Source: Octopus sinensis
Lineage: Eukaryota
Assembly: GCF_006345805.1 (NCBI RefSeq)
Contig: NW_021836345.1
Coordinates: 1-24,664, forward strand
DNA: 24,664 nucleotides
Direction of reading: 5' to 3'
Shown here piece by piece: positions 1 to 9,662 of the stretch. The notes beneath the pieces are model-generated. The model did not search any database and was not told the DNA's origin. It was given only the letters and a program-made list of their open reading frames with translations. Numbering within the stretch: position 1 is the first letter of the stretch; each line of letters begins with the position of its first letter. A program made the translations under genes and the position numbers.

Positions 1-432
1 CATAGAGCTAGTTCCAGTTAAAACATTTTCGTTACACATTTCTGTGGTTCATCGGGACACATCATAATGATGTTTCCGGGGGTCATTTTATGTATAGCGT
101 GTATATGTTTATGTGAGTGAGTGTTCGTGTGAGTTTGTGCTGCTTAGTTCTGTGAATGAATGTCTCAAATAGTTGACGTGTGTGTGTATGAGTTTGTGTC
201 GACCTGTGTGCGTGTGGGCGCGTGCGCGACGTGTGTGCGTCTGTGCGTTAAATATTAATTCATGTAGTGTGCATGCATGCCCCATTTGTACATGAGTGCG
301 TTTGCTTCATTGCTGTTTATGCTTGTATGTGTGTATTTGTGGGTCTGTTTTGCATACACGCGCGTGTGAGCACGTGTGAGTATTCCCAACGTAACGTGTT
401 AGTGTGTGTGTGTGTACGCATATTTTTCTTTA

Positions 433-632
433 TGTCTGTGTTTGTCCTCCACCCCGATTAACAACCGGTGTTAGTAAATTTCCATCCCGGTAACTTAGCG
501 GTTCGGCAAAAGATACCCGTAATAACAGGGTTAAAAATCAAAAGTACTGCAGTCGGTTAATTCAACTAACAATTGTTCAAGGTTGTGCTCCAGAGAGGCC
601 GCAGTTTAATGACGGAAACAAATAAAAGATAA
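433..632 (+). mobile_element. SINE family A, degenerate 3' half
   Basis: Shares TAACTTAGCGGTTCGGCAAAAGA, GTGCTCCAG..GGCCGCAG and GAAACAA-TAAAAG blocks with the full copy at 19818-20236; preceded by degenerate (TG)n as in that copy. Confidence 0.75.
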
Positions 633-695
633 CATACAAAAATACCGTTATTGATGTTGAAATTTCAATGAAGGAGGCAAGAAATCTTGAAATGA

Positions 696-958
696 ATAAC
701 ATACATACATACATACATACATACATACATCTTGAAATCTTGAAGTGAATAATAACATACATACATACATACATACATACATACATACATACATACGTAC
801 GTACATAACATACATACATGCATACCTACATACATACACACATACATACATACATGCAAACATACATACATACATACACATACGTACCAACATGGACATG
901 TTCATATATATATATATCTACATACATAAATACATACATACATACATACATACATACA

Positions 959-990
<32 letters not shown>

Positions 991-1000
991 CACATGTGCA
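696..1000. repeat. (CATA)n microsatellite, interrupted by a duplicated GAAATCTTGAARTGAATAA unit
   Basis: Direct reading; accounts for the overlapping MYVC/HTYI ORFs. Confidence 0.95.
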
Positions 1001-1004
1001 TATA

Positions 1005-1262
1005 TGGGTACAGGACGCCACCAGCAATAAACATGAAATACGCAAACAATGAGAGAAACAAATGGAAAAGAGGACAAGTAACACAAATAAAGACCCTTCA
1101 TCAGTTGTCGGCTGTCTATCTACTCCTCATTTCGAGCATTGAGTGACAATATGAGTCTTCGAAGACAGTTGCTCCCATAAGTACCAAAATAAAATTTAGG
1201 ATTATTGAGGGTCAAAGCTGGAAACAAAAACAGGACAGTGGAGACATACAAGGAAATCGAAC
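1005..1262 (-). mobile_element. Penelope-like pseudo-LTR/3' fragment (tentative)
   Basis: Minus strand has GCTCGAAA and CTGATGAAGG motifs and a pyrimidine-rich CTTGTCCT/CGTCC tail resembling 4146-4330; abuts a microsatellite. Confidence 0.4.
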
Positions 1263-1699
1263 CACATACATACATACATACATTTTTCTCGCTCCCACTC
1301 TCTCTCACATTTCTTGGCCTTCCCTTCATTCTCATTACTTTCCCTCCTCCTTTACCTCACTCTGTATCTTTTCTTTTTTCTCTCTTCTCGTCCTTCACTA
1401 ATTCTTCAATCCCTCTAACCCAACCTCTCTCCTCTCCTTCCACGTGACCGGTTTTCGGTTAAACCTGACCTTTCTTTCTTGGTTCGACAACCATCCGTGA
1501 AGCATCTCTTATATTCCTTCCCATGGCTTTCACCTTCTATGTTCCTGCCGTATGGCTTCACTTCCACACACTCCAGCTTAATTTAATTCGCCCGTAATCG
1601 AAAGACACGTGTTGTTAAGGTCCTGTTGTTTGTATTTGTGCACCATTTCTCCGTTTTTTTCCGTCCCTGTTTTCGTATGCATTCGCTTGCTTTCTTCCA

Positions 1700-2212
1700 A
1701 GGAGCCTAGTGCTCTTAGCTTAGATTTTCATGGGGCTGGCCAGATTAGAGCAGTCTCGAGAGTAACCGGCTGAAACTGCTAAGACGATCTGGTGCTCGAC
1801 TGAAGATTGAAAGCTCCGAATGACCCGTCCTTGTTTTTTTTCTGTCCTTTTTTTGTATCGTCTGTCGCCTGTTACATTCTTGTTCCATTTTTTGTTTTGT
1901 TTTCTATACATACAAACTTACCCTCTCACTCGAAGCAACTAGTCGCGCATTTGGCGTGGGAGACTATTTATGGAAAATATGATGCATACTATCTCCACCG
2001 TTGGAAACACAACTAGCAGCCTTGTTAGATAACTGGTTAATCTTCAAATGAATTTTATCCACAATCGTAGTGAGTTTCGACTGAAACTTGAACTTAGCTA
2101 CAAATAACATGGCTGGACACAACATCAACGCAATCGAGGAACAGAACGAAAACAACAGCTCAACAGAAATCAAGCGGTTGAAGAGCAAATTCTTGAACTC
2201 CAACCACACCTG
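1700..2212 (+). mobile_element. Possible Penelope-like element 5' relic (LTR-like part plus decayed ORF start)
   Basis: The frame from about 1970 reads MENMMHTISTVGNTTSSLVR*LVNLQMNFIHNRSEFRLKLELSYK*, reminiscent of Penelope ORF N-termini; it has in-frame stops and follows a CTGAAGA..CCGAA motif at 1800. Confidence 0.3.
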
Positions 2213-2330
2213 CACCTACCTACCTACCTACCTACCTACCTACCTACCTACCTACCTACCTACCTACCTACCTACCTACATATATACATACATACACACA
2301 TACATACATACGTATGTATATACTTACATA
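2213..2330. repeat. (CCTA)n grading into (CATA)n
   Basis: Direct reading. Confidence 0.95.
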
Positions 2331-2576
2331 TAAACGTAGATACAGACACATAGTCATCAGGTACGCATGCACATTTACGTACGTACATACATGCACGTGG
2401 ACATACACACGTGCATAAGTATATGATGAGATTTTGCCCAATTTAATGATTTAAAAATTACTATTTCAATCTCATGGCCTTAATTGAAACAGTTGTAAGA
2501 GAATATATTAGATTTTTGCAGATAATAAATCATATTAAAGCTATATCTACATTTTCTTAATTTCTTTATACATAAC

Positions 2577-2617
2577 GGCGGTGCATCAGCATGGCCGCAG
2601 CTCTGAGCTGAAACAAG
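2577..2617 (+). mobile_element. SINE family A-like 3' terminal fragment
   Basis: GGCGGTGCATCAGCATGGCCGCAGCTCTGAGCTGAAACAAG matches the 3' end of 19818-20236. Confidence 0.7.
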
Positions 2618-2627
2618 CCCCAAAAAA

Positions 2628-2694
2628 TACATACATACAACATACACACATACATATACACACATACATACATACATATATATATACATATATA

Positions 2695-2738
<44 letters not shown>

Positions 2739-2746
2739 CACATACA

Positions 2747-2782
<36 letters not shown>

Positions 2783-2803
2783 TATATATAGATATATATA
2801 TAG

Positions 2804-2834
<31 letters not shown>

Positions 2835-2835
2835 G
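2628..2835. repeat. (CATA)n/(TA)n compound microsatellite
   Basis: Direct reading. Confidence 0.95.
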
Positions 2836-3039
2836 ATATTATATTATATCGTTTTGGGATTTGGTTTGCAGATTCTTTTTGTGAGTTCGTGTGTGGCAGT
2901 ATATTCTATATTCTGTTGTACCTGGGGAGAGTAATTTTCTTTTAGTCCAAATGAGTGGAAATTTCACTGGTGTGTGTGTTAAATTATAAAGCACTGAAAG
3001 AGAATGACTTTCCCCAGACACAACAGTCTATATTGTTTT

Positions 3040-3093
3040 TGTTTTTGTTTTTCCAGTTTCAGCTCTTGAGCTGTGGCATGCTGGGGCACCGCC
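3040..3093 (-). mobile_element. SINE family A-like 3' terminal fragment
   Basis: Reverse complement is GGCGGTGCCCCAGCATGCCACAGCTCAAGAGCTGAAAC plus an A-rich tail. Confidence 0.7.
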
Positions 3094-3095
3094 AT

Positions 3096-3265
3096 GTGGG
3101 TGAAAGAGTAGTACAGCAGGGATCACCACCATCCCCTGCCGGAGCCTCGTAGAGCTTTTAGGTGTTTTCGCTCAATAAAACACACACAAACGCCCGGTCT
3201 GAGAATCGAAACCGCGATCCTGCGCCCGCGAGTCCGCTGCCCTAACCACTAGGCCATTGCGCCTC
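3096..3265 (-). mobile_element. tRNA-derived SINE family C, head and core, 3' truncated
   Basis: Reverse complement GAGGCGCAATGGCCTAGTGGTTAGGGCAGCGG (A box) ... GGTTTCGATTC (B box-like); highly similar to 7119-7290. Confidence 0.9.
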
Positions 3266-3286
3266 TACTATATATATATATATATA

Positions 3287-3416
3287 CAGGATGTTCCCCC
3301 AAAAATGTAACACATAGTGGTTCGGCAAAAGAGAACGATAGGATAAGTACTAGGCTTACAAAGAATAACAAATTTACAATTATTTAAGGTGTGTATACAT
3401 TTTTGGGGACACCCTG
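3287..3416. mobile_element. Tc1/mariner-type MITE with SINE-derived interior
   Basis: Left CAGGATGTTCCCCCAAAAATGTAACACA; right end reverse-complements to CAGGGTGTCCCCAAAAATGTATACACA; TA on both sides inside (TA)n. Confidence 0.8.
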
Positions 3417-3838
3417 TATATATATATAAGGCGTGGTGAGGAAGGTGAGACTGTAATGCCAGTCCAGAAACCAGTCCATGGGAGTCCAAATACTTGAATG
3501 CATGCTGTCTTAGCTCATTTGCTTTCGGACGGTTGATTTCTGTAGTTATTATCAATGTATTTTGGCGATTTAAATGAGAGTTTTGACTTTTATTTCCAAC
3601 AGGTAGACATACTGAGTCAGTCCTTTGATTAACTTTGATGTATATTAATATATATATGTGTGTGTGTGCGTGGGTATGTGTGTGTATGTGTATGTATGTG
3701 CGTGTGTGTGTATGTGTGTGTGTGTAATATAATATTATATATATATATATATATAAATATTATATACATTTATATAAACATATATATTATATATGTTAAT
3801 GTATGTATGTATATATATTATTATAATATATATATATT

Positions 3839-4061
3839 ATTAGAGATAAAATCACTATTATGCAGCTCAAACTTTTTGAGATATAGTATATGTTCTATAA
3901 AAATATATCTTATTTGTTAGTCATGTTTTGGTTTATGCCAATCACTGTTTGAGCTGCATTTTATTGCTTTTATCTCTAATTTATATTTTATATATTTATA
4001 CTGTGAAATTTTATTTAATACTAAATTGAATTTTCCCTGTAAGTTTGGAGCTGTACTCCCT
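3839..4061 (-). repeat. Fold-back repeat family (copy B)
   Basis: Inverted arms 3839-3872 and 3947-3980, plus a CCCTGTAAGTTTGGAG block shared, inverted, with 11811-12065. Confidence 0.75.
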
Positions 4062-4092
4062 ATTATTATTAATATTATTATTATTATTATTA

Positions 4093-4145
<53 letters not shown>
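4062..4145. repeat. (TAT)n microsatellite
   Basis: Direct reading. Confidence 0.95.
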
Positions 4146-4330
4146 TAACCCTTCCCACAAAACAAAAACGAAAAGAAACAGGACAAGAAACAACCAACAA
4201 CATAGGGACGTGGTACATGCAAAGTATTAAAAGACGCCCAAGGAAAGGAAGAAAGAATGGTTTACGTTCGAGCAAAGCTCTTCGTCAAGAACATGAGAAA
4301 AGGAAGACGGAGGAAAAAAAATCGCCAACA
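4146..4330 (-). mobile_element. Penelope-like pseudo-LTR fragment with hammerhead-like relic (tentative)
   Basis: Minus strand TTGACGA-A-GAGC-TTT-GCTC-GAA-CGTA, then a pyrimidine-rich tail running into (TAA)n. Confidence 0.45.
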
Positions 4331-4639
4331 ATCTACATGTAGTTACATTTTGGAATGTAAGTATATATATTTTTATCTTCAGCGTTTTCAACCTCCAGTT
4401 TGAAGAGAGGTTATAGGCCTTCGGCCATTGGAGTCAGACGAGTCGTCAATGAAGCTGAACGTTTTATGGATTCGAAACTATTTGTCAATCTTCGATTCTC
4501 TCAACGTAAGACGATCTATGAGGGTGCTGCAATTTCTTGCCGAACAACTCCACAGATGATTTATACATATAAACTCATTTTACATATAAACTCATTTCCT
4601 CCCTCTGATCGACATTATCTGTAAAGGTGCGCGATGTAC

Positions 4640-4762
4640 CATGTGTCGGATGACCAAACGACCACAGAGCAATATAAAAAGAAATGTTTTGCTCAAGTCT
4701 GGCAATCGAAACCACCGCCTCGCAATCGTGCGTGCAAGACTCTAACCGCTACATCATGCGCC
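4640..4762 (-). mobile_element. Degenerate tRNA-derived SINE head
   Basis: Reverse complement GGCGCATGATGTAGCGGTTAGAG...GGTTTCGATTGCC..CTTGAGCAAAACA, with A- and B-box-like motifs. Confidence 0.65.
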
Positions 4763-4765
4763 TTA

Positions 4766-4781
4766 TATGTATGTATGCATG

Positions 4782-4834
<53 letters not shown>

Positions 4835-5020
4835 CTATCTCTCTATCTATCTATATCTATCTATCTATCTATCTATCTGTCTGTCTGTCTGTCTGTCTGT
4901 CTGGTTGTCTTTCTGTCTGTCTATCTGTCTATCTATCTGTCTATCCATCTATCTAGCTATCTATATCTCTGTCTGTCTGTCTGTCTGCCTCTCTCTCTCT
5001 CTCTAATTATATATATATAT
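4766..5020. repeat. (TATC)n/(TGTC)n/(CT)n compound microsatellite
   Basis: Direct reading; explains the YLSI/SVCL ORFs. Confidence 0.95.
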
Positions 5021-5098
5021 ATATGTGTGCCTACATATTATGTATGTATGTATTCATACATGTATGTCAGTTCTCTCTCCCCCTAAGTATGAATATAT

Positions 5099-5135
<37 letters not shown>

Positions 5136-5267
5136 TCATACTGACATACATATACGCATACATACATACATACATACATATATGTATGTATGTATGCATA
5201 TATTTATGTCAGTATGATATATATATATATATATATATTCATACTGACATACATATATGCATACATA
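5136..5267. repeat. Direct-inverted-direct triplication within (TA)n
   Basis: 37-bp arms 5136-5172 and 5181-5217 are reverse complements with 2 mismatches; a third direct copy starts at 5239. Confidence 0.85.
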
Positions 5268-5854
5268 ATACATACATACATACATTATATGTAGGCACAC
5301 ACATGCATATATATATTTATATAGATATTATATATATGCATACTTGTTTACATATACACACAAAAATATATACATGCATATACAACATAGCATACAACCT
5401 TCCATACACCCATGCACAAACCAGCCCTTGTTCTTCAGGGTGAAACATATAGCTTTACTTCGCTGTAAGTTTCACAACTCATGTCAAAATCCTTTCCTTT
5501 CTAAGTTTTTTTTTCTCCCACCATTTTGACAACTATTGTTTTGCTGTATTTTATTGTGTTAGCAATGAATGGGGAAGACAATTCTGAAACTTTTGTTTAT
5601 TCAATTATGCTATCCCCATGAGGTTTTTAGAATATGACCCTTTCTATGTGAGATTACTCCCTCTAAGACAAATACCGTAGTTTTTTTTAACTTTTTAATA
5701 TTTTTTTCTTCACAAATCTCAGTTCTTTTTACTTTAAAGCGAATAATAATTATTAAATAGTCATATGTCATCTTAACTGATCTGTGTATGGTATAGAGAT
5801 CATGCAGTGTTAATGACTCTTAGGGAAATTTTATACAATACCTTTGAGATTGCT

Positions 5855-5874
5855 ATTGTTATTGTTGTTGTTGC

Positions 5875-5908
<34 letters not shown>

Positions 5909-5922
5909 GTTGTTGTTGTTGT

Positions 5923-5962
<40 letters not shown>

Positions 5963-5963
5963 G

Positions 5964-5994
<31 letters not shown>

Positions 5995-6019
5995 CACCAC
6001 CACCACCACCACCACCACC

Positions 6020-6059
<40 letters not shown>

Positions 6060-6123
6060 TTACTAGTTGGTCTTATTTTTTAAGTGCTTTCACTGCACTA
6101 CCGAGCGTAGCTCTTTATTGTTG

Positions 6124-6157
<34 letters not shown>
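5855..6157. repeat. Compound trinucleotide array (ATT/GTT/ACT/ACC)n
   Basis: Direct reading; source of the poly-T/L/P/V ORFs. Confidence 0.95.
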
Positions 6158-6158
<1 letters not shown>

Positions 6159-6176
6159 TTTGTTGCTGTTGTTGTT

Positions 6177-6366
6177 AAGGCGGCGAGCTGGCAGAATCGT
6201 TAGCATGTTGGACAAAAAATACTTAGCAGCACTGAGTCCGAACTTGTGTTCTAAGTTCAAATTCCTTCAGAAGTCGACTTCGACTTTCATCCTTCGGAAT
6301 GACCAATGAGGTCGATTCAACTAGACACTTCCCATCAAATAGGTCTTTTTCCTATAGTAGAAAGAA
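6177..6366 (+). mobile_element. tRNA-derived SINE family B
   Basis: GGCGGCGAGCTGGCAGAATCGTTAGC head, AGTTCAAATTCC B box-like, GTCGACTT core, tail into (TTA)n; homologous to 21578-21810. Confidence 0.85.
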
Positions 6367-6395
6367 TTATTATTATCATTACTATTATTACTTTC

Positions 6396-6549
6396 AAGGC
6401 AGCAAGCTGGCAGAATCGTTACCACGCCGGGCAAAAGGCTTAGCGTCATTTCGTCCATTTTTACATTCTGAGTTCAAATGCCGTCGAGTCGACTTTCTCT
6501 TGCATTCTTTAAGGGGATGAAAGGGTTTGTGCCTATCGCAGAAAGGATA
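6396..6549 (+). mobile_element. tRNA-derived SINE family B, second tandem copy, internally deleted
   Basis: AAGGCAGCAAGCTGGCAGAATCGTT..GAGTTCAAATGCCG..GTCGACTTT. Confidence 0.85.
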
Positions 6550-7118
6550 ATTTATATTGTTGTTGTTGTTGCTTATTGCCGTCTATCGTTTTCCATTTCC
6601 GAGAATATATTTTTATTAATGTTTTATATTATCTTATTATTAATCCAACCATAGCTATTAGGGAATGGTCGATTTCTTTTATTAATAGCTCCAATGAGCA
6701 ACATTTTTGAAAAAGAAGAATAAATTTTTGCAATCTGAAAAAATATCCGAGACGGTTTACACGATTTTGCATTTGTTAAACGGTGACTAAGTGCATGAGA
6801 TAGGAGATTATTTTGAAGGTGTAATTATCGTTCGTAGTCAACACTTCCCAAAACATGGCACGACTGCAATAGTAATTGCTAACAACAGTAACAGCAGCAT
6901 CGCAAGCGACAACAAGAACAACGCCAATATCTACAACAACAACAAATATAATAACATCAACAACCAGTACAATAGCAGCAGTCGCCCACACCCGCAGCAT
7001 TACTATTGGCAACAGACTGTGGTAGTGATGGCAATGTATTTACTCCTGTCACACGAGTAACAAGGAAAGACATCAGCGATGAAGACGACGACAACAACAA
7101 CAACAGCAACAGCAAGTA

Positions 7119-7503
7119 GAGGCACAATGGCCCAGTGGTTAGGGCAGCGGACTCGCGGTCGGAGGATCGCGGTTTCGATTCCCAGATCGGGCTTTGTGTG
7201 TGTTTATTGAGTGAAAACACCTAAAGCTCCACGAGGCTCCGGCAGGGGGAGGGCGACCCCTGTTGTACTCTATCACCCCAGCTTTCTCTCACTCTTTCTT
7301 CCTGTTTCTTGTCCCTGACTTCCTACGCAACCGCTGAGTCTGGGTACGCATTCATCCATCCGTCAATGCTCTCGGTGTCGGAGGTTGACCTGCTTTCTCT
7401 TCTGCGGGTCTTACGAATAGCAAAGGACCACGTTTCGGACTTCTCCCATCTTGCGAGCTCTGGGACGAAGACCGTTCGCTCAACAGCAACAGCAACCGCA
7501 ACG
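7119..7503 (+). mobile_element. tRNA-derived SINE family C, full length, (CAA)-like tail
   Basis: A box TGGCCCAGTGG, B box-like GGTTTCGATTCCC, core shared with 3096-3265; sits in degenerate (CAA/CAG)n. Confidence 0.9.
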
Positions 7504-7659
7504 ACGTGAGCAACAAAAGCAATTGCGCAGTGGTATTCGCTGGTATTGTGAAAAAATTTGATTTAGTTCCACCAGTAAATGAAACAAGAACAGAAACACA
7601 TAAACAAACTCAGTAGAAACGTTCCACTCATGACATTACAGCTCCTATTAGAACAAACA

Positions 7660-7854
7660 AACGTGGAGGCGCAATGGCCCAGTGGCGATCCCTGCTGTAC
7701 TCTTTCGCCACAACTTTCTGTCACTCTTTCTTCTGTTGGCCTGCTCGCTTAGCCAGCGGGATGGCGTCATTTGAAGGCTAAAACAATGCGAAGCGCATTG
7801 TGACCAGCGATGTGTAATAACATCTGATAGCCTGGTCGGGCACGTGATCACGTG
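7660..7854 (+). mobile_element. SINE family C, internally deleted, alternative 3' tail, 13-bp TSD
   Basis: TSD ATTAGAACAAACA at 7647-7659 and 7855-7867; head GGAGGCGCAATGGCCCAGTGG joined directly to CGATCCCTGCTGTAC; ends (CACGTGAT)2. Confidence 0.9.
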
Positions 7855-7935
7855 ATTAGAACAAACATGTTGAAGAACAGTGGTCTGTAGATGTATATCT
7901 TTGAAGAGGAACAAGCCGAAGTGATTCTCCTAGAG

Positions 7936-8211
7936 CAATGATTCCCAAACTTTTTCGGGCTACCGCCCCCCTTGGCACCCAGGCTACATTCCTAGCGTCC
8001 TCCCCCAACTTATCACCAAAAACATAGACCTCTTTCTGAAGCAAATTCAAAACAACTTCATTTCACAAATAAAAATTAACCTAATTAACCAACTATTTGC
8101 CCCCTTTTGGCAACCCCTTTATCACCACACTTTTTCAACGCCCTCTTGGAACTTTCCATCGCCCCTGACGGGGTGGGATTGGGGCGGTAGAGCCCATTTT
8201 GAGAACCACTG
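7936..8211. mobile_element. hAT-family MITE
   Basis: TIRs CAATGATTCCCAAAC and TTTTGAGAACCACTG; perfect 8-bp TSD TCCTAGAG at 7928-7935 and 8212-8219. Confidence 0.92.
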
Positions 8212-8280
8212 TCCTAGAGCTAGCTGAACTGTACTTGAAAAGCATCTGCGGAGATGTTAACTGTGACACACGTGCCAGCC

Positions 8281-8315
8281 AGTACGACTGTGCTTAATTT
8301 AAGCATAGTCGTACT
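8281..8315. repeat. 35-bp near-perfect palindrome
   Basis: AGTACGACTGTGCTTAA-T-TTAAGCATAGTCGTACT: 17-bp arms, one mismatch (G.T on the plus strand). Confidence 0.95.
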
Positions 8316-8959
8316 TAAATGAATTTCTACTTGGAGACCCTGGCCAGAAGCACTCCACCAACCACACAGAGGTGAAGAATTTACACTGATATATTGCAAA
8401 CACATTACCAAGACTTGACTTTTAGTGGGTAATGAAATGTGCTCTGTTAGAAAATCTCTGACCTTTCTACAAATGAAAAGAAAAGATTTCGAAGAGATAA
8501 TTGCAGTTGGGATAGGGATAGGGTTGAAGTTTCTGATTCACATGTATCCTAAGATATTGGACAGGGTCACCAACCGAATAAGGATCCTTGGAGTGCAACA
8601 ACTGCATGTGATATCCAAATGTAGAAAACCATGATGACATAATTTTGGCAACAACGATCACCTCAAAGGTCTCTGCCCACCACTTCTGGAAAGAGAACTG
8701 AGCCAACACCACGAAATCAACAACGGTCACCAAATAAGTCAACAACAACAGCGGCAGTGTGCCACCGCAGCTGTAGTGGCGGCAGCGCCAGCTGTAAATA
8801 TGGGGAGCAGCCTTCAATTACAATAGCGAAAATAACACTAGCCGTAGAAGCAATAACAACAAAAATAACCAAAAGAATTCTGCCCTCAGAATCTGCCACA
8901 TTACCGTGTGATTTGTTTAAAGGTGAGCGAGCGTGTCAGTATGATCCCAGTGAAAGGAA

Positions 8960-9270
8960 CACAAAGTGTTTCAGACCCATTGAGAATAATGCTTTCTATA
9001 CATGTTCTAAAGAAGATCAGTCTTGTTGACTTAGAAATACTTGAGTGTTAGACATTGTGAAACTGGGTAGAGGCACTTAGGAACTGTTTCATAATGACAG
9101 AAAGCTAGTTCATGGTGTGGGCACAAAGACGAAAGAAACGTTGTATGAACACATTCCATCCCCGTCTTTACTTTTCTTTCTCAAAGCTTCGTTGGTCATT
9201 TCTATGGGTTGAGCACCAACACTATACTGTGCTATATTTTGGTGACTTTCGCCGCACTAGACATAGGACG
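8960..9270 (+). pseudogene. Possible decayed apurinic-endonuclease domain of an RTE-like LINE
   Basis: Ordered motif relics across frameshifts and stops: LRIM..., DIV, VHGVG, IS..APTL, LYFGDF, matching APE motif order (GVG, APT, GDFN). Confidence 0.35.
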
Positions 9271-9367
9271 AAGACCATTGAACTGTATTGAAGAAATCCG
9301 TTGAGACGCACAATGTGAAACTGAGAGCATGTCAAAGTTAATGGACGAAAGAAATTCGTGACTGTAG

Positions 9368-9444
9368 TCTCCCTTTCTCTCTCTCTCCCCGCTCTCTCTC
9401 TCTCTCTCTTCGAGAACGTGTTCCTGATGATGATGATGATGATA

Positions 9445-9493
<49 letters not shown>

Positions 9494-9515
9494 CGGAGAA
9501 GAGGAAGAGGAAGAA

Positions 9516-9547
<32 letters not shown>

Positions 9548-9631
9548 AGAAGAAGATAAGGATGACGATGATGATGATGATGAAGATGATGATGGTGATG
9601 ATGATGATGGTGATGATGATCATGGTGATGG

Positions 9632-9660
<29 letters not shown>
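9368..9660. repeat. (CT)n, (GAT)n, (GAA)n compound microsatellite
   Basis: Direct reading; explains the poly-M/K/I/F ORFs. Confidence 0.95.

Positions 9661-9662
<2 letters not shown>

Noticed and set aside
3430-3640. Minus-strand open frame ..RQHAFKYLDSHGLVSGLALQSHL, superficially like the GH10 xylanase G.GLQSH motif or a LINE RT segment
   Set aside because: Only a few matching residues, no convincing splice sites, and no other domain motifs nearby; left unassigned.
6776-7100. Asn/Gln-rich ORFs
   Set aside because: Degenerate (CAA)n microsatellite.
7119-7200. tRNA gene (also at 3180-3265, 19818-19890 and the family B heads)
   Set aside because: A/B boxes are present, but each continues into SINE core and tail sequence and I could not build a complete cloverleaf.
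7420-7470. Hammerhead on the minus strand of the SINE-C tail (GGA-GAAG-TCC-GAAAC-GTG-GTC)
   Set aside because: The upstream core reads CAAGATG, not CTGANGA.
8757-9029. Cys-rich 90-aa ORF as a Gypsy Gag zinc finger or host gene
   Set aside because: A C-x-H..F..R..C resemblance needs several assumed frameshifts, and there are no LTRs or pol motifs nearby.
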